A stretch of DNA of 64,000 nt, taken from Longimicrobiales bacterium (GTDB lineage: Bacteria; Gemmatimonadota; Gemmatimonadetes; Longimicrobiales; Gaopeijiaceae). A program made the translations under genes and the position numbers. Location of the stretch: assembly GCA_963664435.2 (NCBI GenBank), contig CAXXKM010000003.1, positions 864,001 to 928,000 on the forward strand. Reading direction: 5' to 3'. This document shows, in pieces, positions 10,183-19,465 of this stretch (its first letter is position 1; every line of letters starts with the position of its first letter). The notes beneath the pieces are model-generated. The model was given only the letters and a program-made list of their open reading frames with translations, had not been told where the DNA came from and searched no databases.

Positions 10183-10714
10183 GGATCCCCCCGGTGGTGA
10201 GAAGACGGACAAGAGCGAACTGAGGTGGGGGACGCAGGCCGGGTGGCCCCGGGCCTGATCGACGGATGGTGCGTCAGGGCCCTCCTTGGGTGGGGATGGT
10301 CAGGAAGCGGGCGTGGCCCGCGACTGCGGAGCGGCGGAATTCCGCCGGAGGGGAGGGAGAGGAATCCGGGCCCGGAGGAGCGTGGCAGACGCCGATGACC
10401 TGACCCTGGCCAGCGTCAGGTCATGGCCGCGAGACCGCAGGGAACCCTTGGAGCGCCGGTCCTCGGCGCGGTCACCGTCGTGCGCGACGGTGCGGACGGA
10501 CATCGTCCGGTACAGCATTTCAGTCTTCCCGGCTCCCGGTACACAGGGAACTTCGAAACTACGGCGCCCCGGGCCTGGGCGCCATCAGGAGCTTCACAGC
10601 CCGACCTCCGGATATCTTGGAAGGCTGCGTCCACTCCTTCGCGAAAACTCCGCCTGCGCGGCCCGGCTCTTCGGCTCTCATACCTGGCCCTTATCGGGGC
10701 CGTTGCCCGACCCC

Positions 10715-12688
10715 TCAGTACCTCACCCCCTCCAGCTCCTCCAGGTAGCCGACGCCGGGCAGCTCGGTGTCCTTGCCGAGCAGGTAGTAGTCGAAGAAGG
10801 CCTGCATGTCGGCGAGCATCTCCCGCGTGTTGTCGAAGCCGCGGACGTAGAAGTTCTCGCCGGGATATGCCTTGTAGCGGGCGGGCTTGTAGAGGCGCTG
10901 CAGCTCCCGGAAGAACTCCGTCATCTGCGGTGAGCCCGGATAGCGGCCCTCGCCGTGGAGCACGAAGACGGGTACCCGGGCGTCGGCGAGGTGGTAGTAG
11001 GGGGAGTTCGCCAGGTAGCGGTCCCGGTGCTCCTCGAGCCGCCCCATCTCCTTGCGCAGCTGCTGCAGATGGCGGAACTCGCCGTCCTCGAAGAAGGTGA
11101 CCCGGTCGCAGTAGCCGGACGCCGCGACCACGGCCTGGAAGGTCTCGCCGCCGAAGCTCACGGCCGCGCACGACATGAAGCCTCCGTAGCTGGTGCCCGT
11201 GGTGCCGATGCGCTCGGGGTGGACGTAGGGGAGGGTTCGCAGATGCTCTGCGGCGGCAACGGCGTCCGCGAAGTCGCACTTCCCCCAGCAGCCGTCGTTG
11301 GCCTCCTCGAAGTCGCGTCCGTAGCCGGAGCCGCCGCGCACGTTGGGAAGAAGGACGACGTAGCCGCGCTGCGCGAAGTACTGGACGGCGGGTTCGAAGG
11401 TGTCCTCCCATTGCGACGTGGGGCCGCCGTGGGTCCACACGATCGCGGGATGGCGGCCATCTTCATCGCCCAGGCCTTCGGGCGGTCTGTACAGGTACGA
11501 GGGAATCGTCAGCCCGTCCCCGCTGCGATACTCCACCCTCGTGGGCGCGATCAGGCGGTTCTCGACCCCCTCCACCGGCATCGAGTCCGTCAGCCTCGAC
11601 TCCTTCCCGGAATCGAGCGCGTGGACGATCAGGTCCCCGGGACGAGTCGGAGTTTCGAGGGTGTAGGAGATGCGGCTGCCGTCCGGAGACCACTGGGGCG
11701 CGCCGATGACCCCGGATTCGGGATCGGCGACAACGCGGGATTCGCCGCCTCGCGCGGTCGCGATGCGGAGCTGGTAGGTGCCCCCGTGGTTCTCGACGTA
11801 CGCGAACGAGTTGCCGTCGGGCGACCACGCTCCTTCGGTCTGGTCGGAGTGGGCCGGAGCAAGCGGCCGCGGCTCGCCCCCCGAGCGGGGGACGCTCCAG
11901 TAGTTGATCCACCCCGAGCGGTACGACGGGAAGATCACCGTGGAGCCGTCCGGCGAGACCAGCGGATAACCGAACGTGCCCCCTTCGCCATAGTCGAAGA
12001 AGTCCTCGTCCCTCACAACGGCGCGCTCTTCCCCTCCGTCCGCGGGGATTTCCACTATGGTGTGGTCCATCCATTCGCCATCGAGTCTCACGAAGAGGAC
12101 GGACCGGGAATCGGGGCTCCAGGTCGGGTAGACCTCCAGCTCCGGGCCGTCGGTCAGCCGGCGTGCCTTCCCCGAAGGGATTTCCACGGTCCACACGTCG
12201 TACTGGCCGTGGCGATTCCCGGCGAACGCGATACGGCTCGCGTCCGGCGACCAGGAATAGCCCTTGATCAACCGCCCGCCGTTGCCGGTGATGCGCACCT
12301 CCTCGCCGTCTCGCGGGGACCAGAGCCAGATCTCGGGGGTGCCGCTCTTGTCGGATACGTAGGAGATCCATCGGCCGTCCGGCGACCAGCGGGGTTCGGC
12401 CGAGGCGAGGAAATGACCGCTGCCGCCCGTCGAGACCGGCAGCTCGCTGATCGCGCCGCCCTCGGGACGAACGAGACGCAGGTTTGAGCCGCCCAGGAGG
12501 ATCCACGCCCCGCCGGGAGCCCAGCGCGGGGTCTCGCCGCCGACCCTGGACGAGATCGACAGGAGGGTCTCCACAGGGAGCGGTCCGGTCGCGTCCTGGG
12601 CCATCGACGACGCCGGGGGCGTCGAAGATGTCAGGGCAACGGAGAGGAGGAGCGGGATGCTGAGCAGGTTCTGAGTGCGTCGTCGCAT
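10715..12688 (-). CDS. S9 (prolyl oligopeptidase-like) family protein with PD40/TolB beta-propeller; atypical catalytic motifs
   Basis: Signal peptide, repeated WSPDG, HGGP, NVRGGSGYG and GTSYGG nucleophile elbow; start at ATG 12688 after GGAG. Confidence 0.9.
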   Translation of the reverse strand: MRRRTQNLLSIPLLLSVALTSSTPPASSMAQDATGPLPVETLLSISSRVGGETPRWAPGGAWILLGGSNLRLVRPEGGAISELPVSTGGSGHFLASAEPRWSPDGRWISYVSDKSGTPEIWLWSPRDGEEVRITGNGGRLIKGYSWSPDASRIAFAGNRHGQYDVWTVEIPSGKARRLTDGPELEVYPTWSPDSRSVLFVRLDGEWMDHTIVEIPADGGEERAVVRDEDFFDYGEGGTFGYPLVSPDGSTVIFPSYRSGWINYWSVPRSGGEPRPLAPAHSDQTEGAWSPDGNSFAYVENHGGTYQLRIATARGGESRVVADPESGVIGAPQWSPDGSRISYTLETPTRPGDLIVHALDSGKESRLTDSMPVEGVENRLIAPTRVEYRSGDGLTIPSYLYRPPEGLGDEDGRHPAIVWTHGGPTSQWEDTFEPAVQYFAQRGYVVLLPNVRGGSGYGRDFEEANDGCWGKCDFADAVAAAEHLRTLPYVHPERIGTTGTSYGGFMSCAAVSFGGETFQAVVAASGYCDRVTFFEDGEFRHLQQLRKEMGRLEEHRDRYLANSPYYHLADARVPVFVLHGEGRYPGSPQMTEFFRELQRLYKPARYKAYPGENFYVRGFDNTREMLADMQAFFDYYLLGKDTELPGVGYLEELEGVRY

Positions 12689-12918
12689 GGCAGTACTCCG
12701 GAAAGGCAAGATCATCAATCTGGCGCGCGCAGGCGCTCGGGCAGCGTGGACCGGAACTTGCTGCGAAATGTAGGACTGTGGCGGGGCGCGTTACCACCTC
12801 GGGATGCTCACGATCCGGATTCGACGGCTTCCGGGGTCGTGGTCGAAGAGCAGGCCGGACTCGAACCCGAAGGCCGGTGAGCGAGCCGTTGAGCAGAACC
12901 TGCACGTTGGCATCGAGC

Positions 12919-14772
12919 ATGCGCAGCATACGCGGTCGTCGCACACGCCTCCTCGCGGCTGCAGCCGTTACGGCAGCCATCTGGTCCTCCGCGTGCGGCG
13001 ACGGGGGGACGGAGCCCGCCCTCAACGATCCTCCTCACGCTGCAACGGTGGCGGTGGCGCCCGAAACCGCGACGTTCACGACACTCGGGGACACGGTCGG
13101 GCTTGCCGCGGAGGTACGGGACCAGGCCGGACGCGTCATGGCGGATGCGCGCGTGACCTGGCTCAGCCGGAATCCCACAGTTGCGGAGGTCAGCTCGGCG
13201 GGGCTGGTGACGGCGGTCGGCAATGGCACGACGGCGGTCGTCGCCCATACCCGGCTCTGGGAATTGCGGGGAGGCCGAATGCAGGCCACCGCCGAGATCT
13301 CGGATTCGGTGATAATCAGGGTGGACGCACCGACCTTCACCCTGTCCGGCACGGTGACCGACGGCCGGCGACCGAGCCTGGTCCTGCCCGGCATTCACGT
13401 GCGCCTGGAAGGGTGGAAGCGGACGACCACGACCACCGATTCCGATGGGCGGTACAGCTTCCCGAACGTCGAGGGGACCCTGCAGGTGACGGCTCATGCG
13501 GAGTTCAGCTACGTCAGCCAGACAGCGGAAGTGAACCTGGATGCGGACCGGACCCGGGACTTCGCAATGGAACACGACGGCGAGACGCCATTCAGCTCCA
13601 CATCGTGGATCTCGCCGTCCATCCTGGGACCCGACTCGACCCGGCTGCAAAGCGTGATGTACACCGGCCGCGGGATACGGACGGTATTTGACCGGCGGTT
13701 CGACGACTGGATCCGCACCAAGGCGTTCCTCTTCGACGCACACATCGCCGAACACGTAGTGGAATTCCGGGTCAATTCGGAGTTTGGCGACGTCGAGGCG
13801 GCGAGGACCGAAGTCGACAGGTTCGCCGCCGCCGTGGGGCGGTTGCCGGCGGCCTTCCTTTCGAATGTCGCCTCCTTGACAATCAATGGCGGCAGAGGTG
13901 CCTGGGGGGGAGGACTGGACACTGAAGAGGCCGGGATGATGCTGATTCACAAGCACTCGGCCTGGGACGCCATCCGCTTCGGCTTCCTCGAGGAGATCTT
14001 TCTGCACGAAGCCGCCCACGCTTCGCTGGATCAGCCTCACGCAAGAGCCGACGGCTGGCGCGCCGCGCAGGCGGCCGACGGCGTGTTCATTTCGGACTAT
14101 GCCCGGAACAATCCCGTCCGCGAGGACATCGCCGAGAGCGCCATCATGTACTTCGCCGTGCGGTATCGGCCAGAGAGCCTGACCCCCGGCGAGCGGTGGA
14201 TCATCCTGACGTCCATTCCCAACCGCCTCGCCTATTTCGAGGAGCAGGGCTTCGACATGTGGCCGTACGAGGCGACGGGTTCGCTGGTCCCGGGCCTCGA
14301 ACCCGGCTCAGTCGCCAGCAGTCTTCAGCGAACAGTGCTCCCCGCACCCGAAGCGGCGGCGGTTGCGGGCGAAGTTGCGGTATCCCCACGCGAAGAGGGG
14401 ACGTGCGAGGGGAAGCTGGAAGACCCAGCCCAGCCTTGGGCCGCGTGGGAGTATCCGCAGGAGTTGCTCAATGGCCCGTGCGCCCTCCCAGGTGCCGCGA
14501 GGAGCCGAACCCGGTTCCACCAGCTGCAACGCCTCTTCGAAGCGCGCCGAGTCGATCCAGGGGAAGCGCGCCGGCACTCCGTCTTCCTGATATGCGACGA
14601 TCTCGATCGTATTCGCCGGGTCGCGCCGCCGAAGGTAGTCGATGAAGCGCAGGCATACGGCGCAGTCGCCGTCGTAGATGACCGTGTAGGCGGCGGACGC
14701 GCGCGGGATCATATGCCTCGGGGTTGCGGGTACGAGTCGTGGAGAAACCTACCGCCACGGGCGAGACTGTGA
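12919..14772 (+). CDS. Lipoprotein with Ig-like domain, carboxypeptidase-regulatory-like domain and C-terminal HExxH zincin-like domain
   Basis: Lipobox SSAC; VTWLSRNPTVAEVSSAGLVTAVGNG (Big_2-like); FLHEAAH and SDYARNNPVREDIAE. The ordered protein likely ends near 14280, but the frame stays open to 14772. Confidence 0.75.
   Translation: MRSIRGRRTRLLAAAAVTAAIWSSACGDGGTEPALNDPPHAATVAVAPETATFTTLGDTVGLAAEVRDQAGRVMADARVTWLSRNPTVAEVSSAGLVTAVGNGTTAVVAHTRLWELRGGRMQATAEISDSVIIRVDAPTFTLSGTVTDGRRPSLVLPGIHVRLEGWKRTTTTTDSDGRYSFPNVEGTLQVTAHAEFSYVSQTAEVNLDADRTRDFAMEHDGETPFSSTSWISPSILGPDSTRLQSVMYTGRGIRTVFDRRFDDWIRTKAFLFDAHIAEHVVEFRVNSEFGDVEAARTEVDRFAAAVGRLPAAFLSNVASLTINGGRGAWGGGLDTEEAGMMLIHKHSAWDAIRFGFLEEIFLHEAAHASLDQPHARADGWRAAQAADGVFISDYARNNPVREDIAESAIMYFAVRYRPESLTPGERWIILTSIPNRLAYFEEQGFDMWPYEATGSLVPGLEPGSVASSLQRTVLPAPEAAAVAGEVAVSPREEGTCEGKLEDPAQPWAAWEYPQELLNGPCALPGAARSRTRFHQLQRLFEARRVDPGEARRHSVFLICDDLDRIRRVAPPKVVDEAQAYGAVAVVDDRVGGGRARDHMPRGCGYESWRNLPPRARL
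14308..14712 (-). CDS. DCC1-like (DUF393) thiol-disulfide oxidoreductase
   Basis: VIYDGDCAVC (DxxCxxC) and Y..FARNRRRF C-terminal motif. Confidence 0.88.
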   Translation of the reverse strand: MIPRASAAYTVIYDGDCAVCLRFIDYLRRRDPANTIEIVAYQEDGVPARFPWIDSARFEEALQLVEPGSAPRGTWEGARAIEQLLRILPRGPRLGWVFQLPLARPLFAWGYRNFARNRRRFGCGEHCSLKTAGD

Positions 14773-14846
14773 CAGAAACGGCAACCGCGAGGCCCGATTC
14801 GCTATCTTTGCGCCGGAACGCATCCCTCTCGTCCCCATGGAGCAGC

Positions 14847-15785
14847 GTGGATACGGCGGAGTCCTTTCGCGAGCTCGAGCGGCGTCTCGGGCCGGGCCGG
14901 ATCGAGCGCGACGTGCCGCTCGGTCCCATGACGACCTTCAAGATCGGCGGGCCTGCGGACCTGTTCGTGCGGGCGCGCACCACCGACGAACTCGCGGACG
15001 CCATCATGGCGGCCCGGGAACTCGGGATTCCGCACTTCCTGTTGGGCCGGGGCGCGAACATTCTCGTCGGGGACGGCGGCTTCCGCGGGCTGGTGATCCG
15101 CTCGGAGGTGGGGGGCATCGATTTCCTCGACGATGTTTGCGTGCGCGCGGGCGCCGGGGTGGACAGCTTCCCGGACCTCATCCAGGCAACGGTGCACCGC
15201 GGACTCGGCGGGCTCCATCACTTCGTGGGGATTCCGAGCACCATCGGCGGGGCCATGTGGCAGAACCTGCACTTCCTGGCGCCGGAGCGGGACCGGACCG
15301 TCTTTCTCGAGGAGGTCGTGGAATCCGCCGAGATTCTCACCGAGGAGGGAGAGCGCAGGTGCGTCGACCTGGACTACTTCCGGTTCGGCTACGACTACAG
15401 CATCCTGCACGAGCGCGACGACATCGTTCTCACCGCGACCTTCCGCCTCGAGCCCACGCCGGCGCGCGAGCTGCGGCGGGTCATCCGCGAGAACCTGCGC
15501 TGGCGCGACGACCGCCATCCGGACCTGTGGCTGTACCCGTGCGCGGGCTCGATCTTCCAGAAGATCGAGGGCATCGGGGCCGGGCGGCTCATCGACGAGT
15601 GCGGGCTCAAGGGTCATGCCCACGGCAGCGCCCAGATCTTCCACCGGCACGCGAACATCATCGTGAACCTGGGCGGGGCGACGTCCGCCGAGGTGCGCGC
15701 GCTTATCGACCTGTCGCAGGAGACGGTGGCGCGCGAGACGGGCTATGAACTCACCCCCGAGATCGTGTTCGTGGGAGAGTTCTGA
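14847..15785 (+). CDS. murB: UDP-N-acetylenolpyruvoylglucosamine reductase
   Basis: TTFKIGGPAD, LGRGANIL, GIPSTIGGA, FGYDYS, AGSIF and HANIIVNLG motifs; start inferred at GTG 14847 after TGGAG. Confidence 0.93.
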   Translation: MDTAESFRELERRLGPGRIERDVPLGPMTTFKIGGPADLFVRARTTDELADAIMAARELGIPHFLLGRGANILVGDGGFRGLVIRSEVGGIDFLDDVCVRAGAGVDSFPDLIQATVHRGLGGLHHFVGIPSTIGGAMWQNLHFLAPERDRTVFLEEVVESAEILTEEGERRCVDLDYFRFGYDYSILHERDDIVLTATFRLEPTPARELRRVIRENLRWRDDRHPDLWLYPCAGSIFQKIEGIGAGRLIDECGLKGHAHGSAQIFHRHANIIVNLGGATSAEVRALIDLSQETVARETGYELTPEIVFVGEF

Positions 15786-15788
15786 GGA

Positions 15789-17831
15789 CTACGGCAGACC
15801 CAGCGCCACATACTCCGCGGGGTGCTCGCTGCCGCCGATCGCGACCACGATGTACTGCTTCCCTTCGTGCATGTAGGTCATGGGCCCGCCGGTGGTGCCC
15901 GACGGGAGGTCCATCTCCCACACGACCTCGCCCGTCGTCTTGTCGTACGCCCGGAACTCGGTTCCCCAGTGAGTATCGGGGGTGCCGATGACCACGTCGC
16001 TGCCCTCGCCGATGAAGAGCAGCGCGGCCGTGAGCAGCGGCGCCGGACGGTTCGCGTTGCCGAGCGGGGGCAGATCCAGACCTTCGAGCAGCGGATGATC
16101 GTTGGGGGCGTCGCCGTTGGGCGCCATCCAGAGATGCTCGCCCCGGTTCATGTCGATGGCCGTGATCCGTCCCCACGGCGGTTTCACGATGGGCAGCCCG
16201 TCGATTTCCGCGCTGGGCCACCCTCCCTGAGTGCCGAACTCCATCTCGCCGGGTTCATCCGTCCTGGAGAGGCGCCAGACGTTGGGCAGCGTGAGGGACA
16301 CGGCATAGTAGGTCCCCGTCCGGGGATCGAACGCGCCGGTGTGCCAGTTGCCCGCGCCCCACGCGCCCGGAACGACGTAGGTGCCGATCTTCCCCTCGAC
16401 CGAGCCTTCCTCCATCGGGGGCGTGAACAGCGGCCCCAGTACCAGTGAATCCGCGAGGGCGAGAGCCCGCTTGTGGATCTCGGGGGTGAAGTCGATCAGG
16501 TCCTTCCCGGAGACGCCCTGGCGGTCGAACGGCGGCGGCCTGCTCGGGAAGGGCTGGGTCGGGGAGGTCGCCTCCCCGGGCACCTTCGACTGCGGGACCG
16601 CTCTCTCCTCGATGGGCCAGACGGGTTCGCCCGTGCGGCGGTCGAAGGTGAACAGGAAGCCCGTCTTGCTCGCCTGCATCACCGCGTCGATCGCGCGCCC
16701 GTCCACGTTGATGCGCCCCAGGACGGGCGGGCCGAGGGTGTCGTACTCCCAGATGTCGTGGTGCACCATCTGGAAGTGCCAGAGGCGCTCGCCGGTCGCG
16801 GCGTCGAGGGCCACGAGGCTGTTGGAGAACAGGTTGTCGCCGGGGCGGTGCCCGCCGTAGTACGCCGAGGTCGGGGCGCCCAGCGGCACGTAGACGATGC
16901 CCAGTTCGTCGTCGGCGCTGAGGCAGCACCACGAGCCCACGTCCCCCGACAGTTCACGGGATCCGTCGCCCCAGGTGTCCGCGCCGAACTCCCCTCCCCT
17001 GGGGATGACGTGGAAGGTCCAGACCTGCTCACCGGTTCGGGCGTCGAACCCGCGCACGTCCTCCGGCGCGCTGTCGCGCCATTCCGTGCCCGAGTCGCCC
17101 GCCCCGTCGACCGTGCCCGCGATGACGATGACGTCGCCGACCACGATCGGGCCCGAGCTCCAGTTGAACCGGTCGCGGCCCTCGGGCACGAGGTTCACGC
17201 TGCCGCCATCCCCGAACGACGCCACGGGCTTGCCCGTCCCGGCATCGAGCGCGTGCAGCCAGGATCCGCGCACGGAGATGATGCGTCCGCCGGCGTGCCC
17301 GTTGTCGGCACTCAGGTCCCGGACGCCGTCCCCGTTCCAGAAGGCGACGCCGCGGAAGCTGCGTCCGCGCGCGTTTTCCAGCGAAGCGGCGCGCTGGACC
17401 CAGCGAGTCTTCCCGGTCCCCGGATCGAATGCCTCCACCAGACCCACCGCGTTGGGCGCGTACAGCGTTCCGTCGACGAGAATCGGGGTCCCGCGCAGAT
17501 AGTTGTTGAACGCGAGCCCGGGGAACTCCTCCTGCAGCTGCGGGTCGACGCCGGGCCTGCTCCACAGGATCTCCAGCGACGCGACATTCTCTGCATTGAT
17601 CTGGGTGAGCGGCGAGTAGCGGTTGAAGGAGTTCTGGCCGCCGTAGTAGGTCCATTCGGCCGTCATCGGCGGGGCACCCCCGGGATTCTCCCCGGGCAGG
17701 TCATTCCCTCCGGGACCGCGGTCCGCGCAGGAGGAAGCCAGGAAGGCGGCCGTCATGACGAAGCAGGCGGCGAGCGCCATCCGGCTGCGGTGCGGGTTCG
17801 TTCCCGTGCCCTTCGCTCGACTCGTGCGCAT
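15789..17831 (-). CDS. PQQ-dependent dehydrogenase (quinoprotein glucose dehydrogenase-like), putative lipoprotein
   Basis: RYSPLTQINAENV, GDNLFSNSLVALDA, WHFQMVHHDIWEYD, PPWGRITAID and PMTYM..GKQY motifs; start uncertain. Confidence 0.9.
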   Translation of the reverse strand: MRTSRAKGTGTNPHRSRMALAACFVMTAAFLASSCADRGPGGNDLPGENPGGAPPMTAEWTYYGGQNSFNRYSPLTQINAENVASLEILWSRPGVDPQLQEEFPGLAFNNYLRGTPILVDGTLYAPNAVGLVEAFDPGTGKTRWVQRAASLENARGRSFRGVAFWNGDGVRDLSADNGHAGGRIISVRGSWLHALDAGTGKPVASFGDGGSVNLVPEGRDRFNWSSGPIVVGDVIVIAGTVDGAGDSGTEWRDSAPEDVRGFDARTGEQVWTFHVIPRGGEFGADTWGDGSRELSGDVGSWCCLSADDELGIVYVPLGAPTSAYYGGHRPGDNLFSNSLVALDAATGERLWHFQMVHHDIWEYDTLGPPVLGRINVDGRAIDAVMQASKTGFLFTFDRRTGEPVWPIEERAVPQSKVPGEATSPTQPFPSRPPPFDRQGVSGKDLIDFTPEIHKRALALADSLVLGPLFTPPMEEGSVEGKIGTYVVPGAWGAGNWHTGAFDPRTGTYYAVSLTLPNVWRLSRTDEPGEMEFGTQGGWPSAEIDGLPIVKPPWGRITAIDMNRGEHLWMAPNGDAPNDHPLLEGLDLPPLGNANRPAPLLTAALLFIGEGSDVVIGTPDTHWGTEFRAYDKTTGEVVWEMDLPSGTTGGPMTYMHEGKQYIVVAIGGSEHPAEYVALGLP

Positions 17832-17972
17832 GGAGGCCTCCGTATCCGGTGCGCTGGTGTTCCGGCTGCTCGCGTGAACGTAACGTGCGGGGGCGATTCA
17901 CGCCCGAGGCTTAGTCTCAGTCGAACCGGCCCGAGCGGGGAGTCGATCGCGAGGCCTCGAGAAAGGACCCGG

Positions 17973-18767
17973 ATGCCCAGGAAAAGAAGCACAGAGCGGG
18001 GAAATCGGTCGCGACAGCGACGGGACTCTGCCGCCGAGCCGCTTCCCGATCCTGGTGCACAACGGATCCGGGCTTGGACCCGCGAGATCGGCCGCGACCT
18101 GCTCGCCGCGTCTTCCCGGATCAGCGAACCCAACTTCACCGCCATCCACCCGGACGACCTCGCCTTTCTCTTCAGGGCCTACGACCGGCGCTTTCTGGGG
18201 GACTTCGCGCGTCGGAGGCTTACCTCCGGAGCCATCGTATTTCGCCTGTCGTCGCGGATGACGCGCTCGGGCGGACAGACCACCCGCCGCGTGAGCGCCG
18301 ACGGCGGGGCCGACTATGAAATCGCCGTCTCCACCGAGATTCTCTTCAACGGCTTCGCGGACGGCGATCCCCCGGTCACCGTCGCCGGCATTCCGTGCAC
18401 GAACCGTCTGGAGGCGCTGCAGCGGATCTTCGAGCACGAGATCGTCCACCTGGTGGAGTTTCTCCGCACTGGAGGAAGCAACTGCGGGGCACGTCCCTTT
18501 CAGGAGCTTGCCCACCGCCTGTTCCGCCACCGGAATCACACTCACAGGCTCATCACGCGGGCGGAGCGGGCCGCGCAGCGTGGCATCCGCGTCGGTTCCC
18601 AGGTCGCCTTCGTATACCGCGGCAAGCGTCTCGCTGGCCGGGTCAACCGCGTGACCAAGCGCGCCACGGTGCTCGTCGAGGACCCGGAGGGCGAACGGTA
18701 TTCGGACGGCGGGCGATACCGGAAGTACTACGTGCCGGTCGCAGGGCTGGAGGTGGCGGGTGGATGA
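17973..18767 (+). CDS. SprT-like zinc-dependent metalloprotease
   Basis: RLSSRMTRSGG and IFEHEIVHL (HExxH) motifs, C-terminal small beta domain; ATG follows AAAGGA. Confidence 0.8.
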   Translation: MPRKRSTERGNRSRQRRDSAAEPLPDPGAQRIRAWTREIGRDLLAASSRISEPNFTAIHPDDLAFLFRAYDRRFLGDFARRRLTSGAIVFRLSSRMTRSGGQTTRRVSADGGADYEIAVSTEILFNGFADGDPPVTVAGIPCTNRLEALQRIFEHEIVHLVEFLRTGGSNCGARPFQELAHRLFRHRNHTHRLITRAERAAQRGIRVGSQVAFVYRGKRLAGRVNRVTKRATVLVEDPEGERYSDGGRYRKYYVPVAGLEVAGG

Positions 18768-19456
18768 GGTGCTGGCCGGGTTTCCGCCCTGGCGATCTCC
18801 AGAAGCGGCTCGGGCGCGATCTCGTGCCCGCCCGGATGGATGAGGACTCGGAAGGGCACCCCCAACTCTTCCAGCAGCGCGTCCTGGGCCCGCTCCTCCC
18901 GCCTGTCGCGGAACTTGTCGGCGGCGCCGCGGACGAAGGTGACCTGCACGGCCTCGAGTCCCGTTGCGAGAGCATCCGGGCTCAGGTCGGTGGCCAGGCC
19001 GGCGCCCCACAGCACCAGCTCGTGCGCGTTCGGGCGCCCCAGCATCACCCAGCGGGATGCCGTGTGCGCTCCCTGGGAAAACCCGAGCACGACCCGGCGG
19101 CGGACGGCGGGCGCGGCGGTGGCGGCCACCTCGCGCGCGAGCGCATCCAGATACGCCACGTAGTCCGCGATCTCGTTGTCCCGGTCCTCGCGCGTCATCC
19201 AGCTGGCGCCCACGCGGTGTTCCGGCCCGTGCCTGCCCGGACTCGGATCCACGTAGAAGCGCGAGAGCGCCTCGGGGACCACGATGATGCGCTCGGGGGC
19301 ATCCAGGACCTCGAAACGCCGCGCAAAACGGCGGGCCGCCTGCCGGTAGCCGTGAAGCGCGAACCAGGCTTCCTCGACCCTCTCGCCCCCGCCTCCCAGC
19401 GTGTAGTAGCGGGCCGTGCGCGCGACCCGGAGGTGGTGTCTGGCCGCTAACCCCAT
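18728..19456 (-). CDS. Alpha/beta hydrolase (phospholipase/carboxylesterase family)
   Basis: LHGY, GFSQG, G..D and GGHEI triad motifs. Confidence 0.88.
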   Translation of the reverse strand: MGLAARHHLRVARTARYYTLGGGGERVEEAWFALHGYRQAARRFARRFEVLDAPERIIVVPEALSRFYVDPSPGRHGPEHRVGASWMTREDRDNEIADYVAYLDALAREVAATAAPAVRRRVVLGFSQGAHTASRWVMLGRPNAHELVLWGAGLATDLSPDALATGLEAVQVTFVRGAADKFRDRREERAQDALLEELGVPFRVLIHPGGHEIAPEPLLEIARAETRPAPHPPATSSPATGT

Positions 19457-19465
19457 GACTCTACG

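Noticed and set aside
10183..10714. Cobalamin or TPP riboswitch upstream of the TonB transporter
   Set aside because: Diagnostic consensus blocks not found by eye; kept only as an unassigned structured leader
12840..12880. GGTTCGAGTCC on the minus strand resembling a tRNA T-loop
   Set aside because: T-stem does not pair fully, CCA spacing is wrong, and no cloverleaf forms
18728..18767. 40-bp convergent overlap of the SprT-like and hydrolase genes
   Set aside because: Short tail-to-tail overlaps are common in GC-rich genomes
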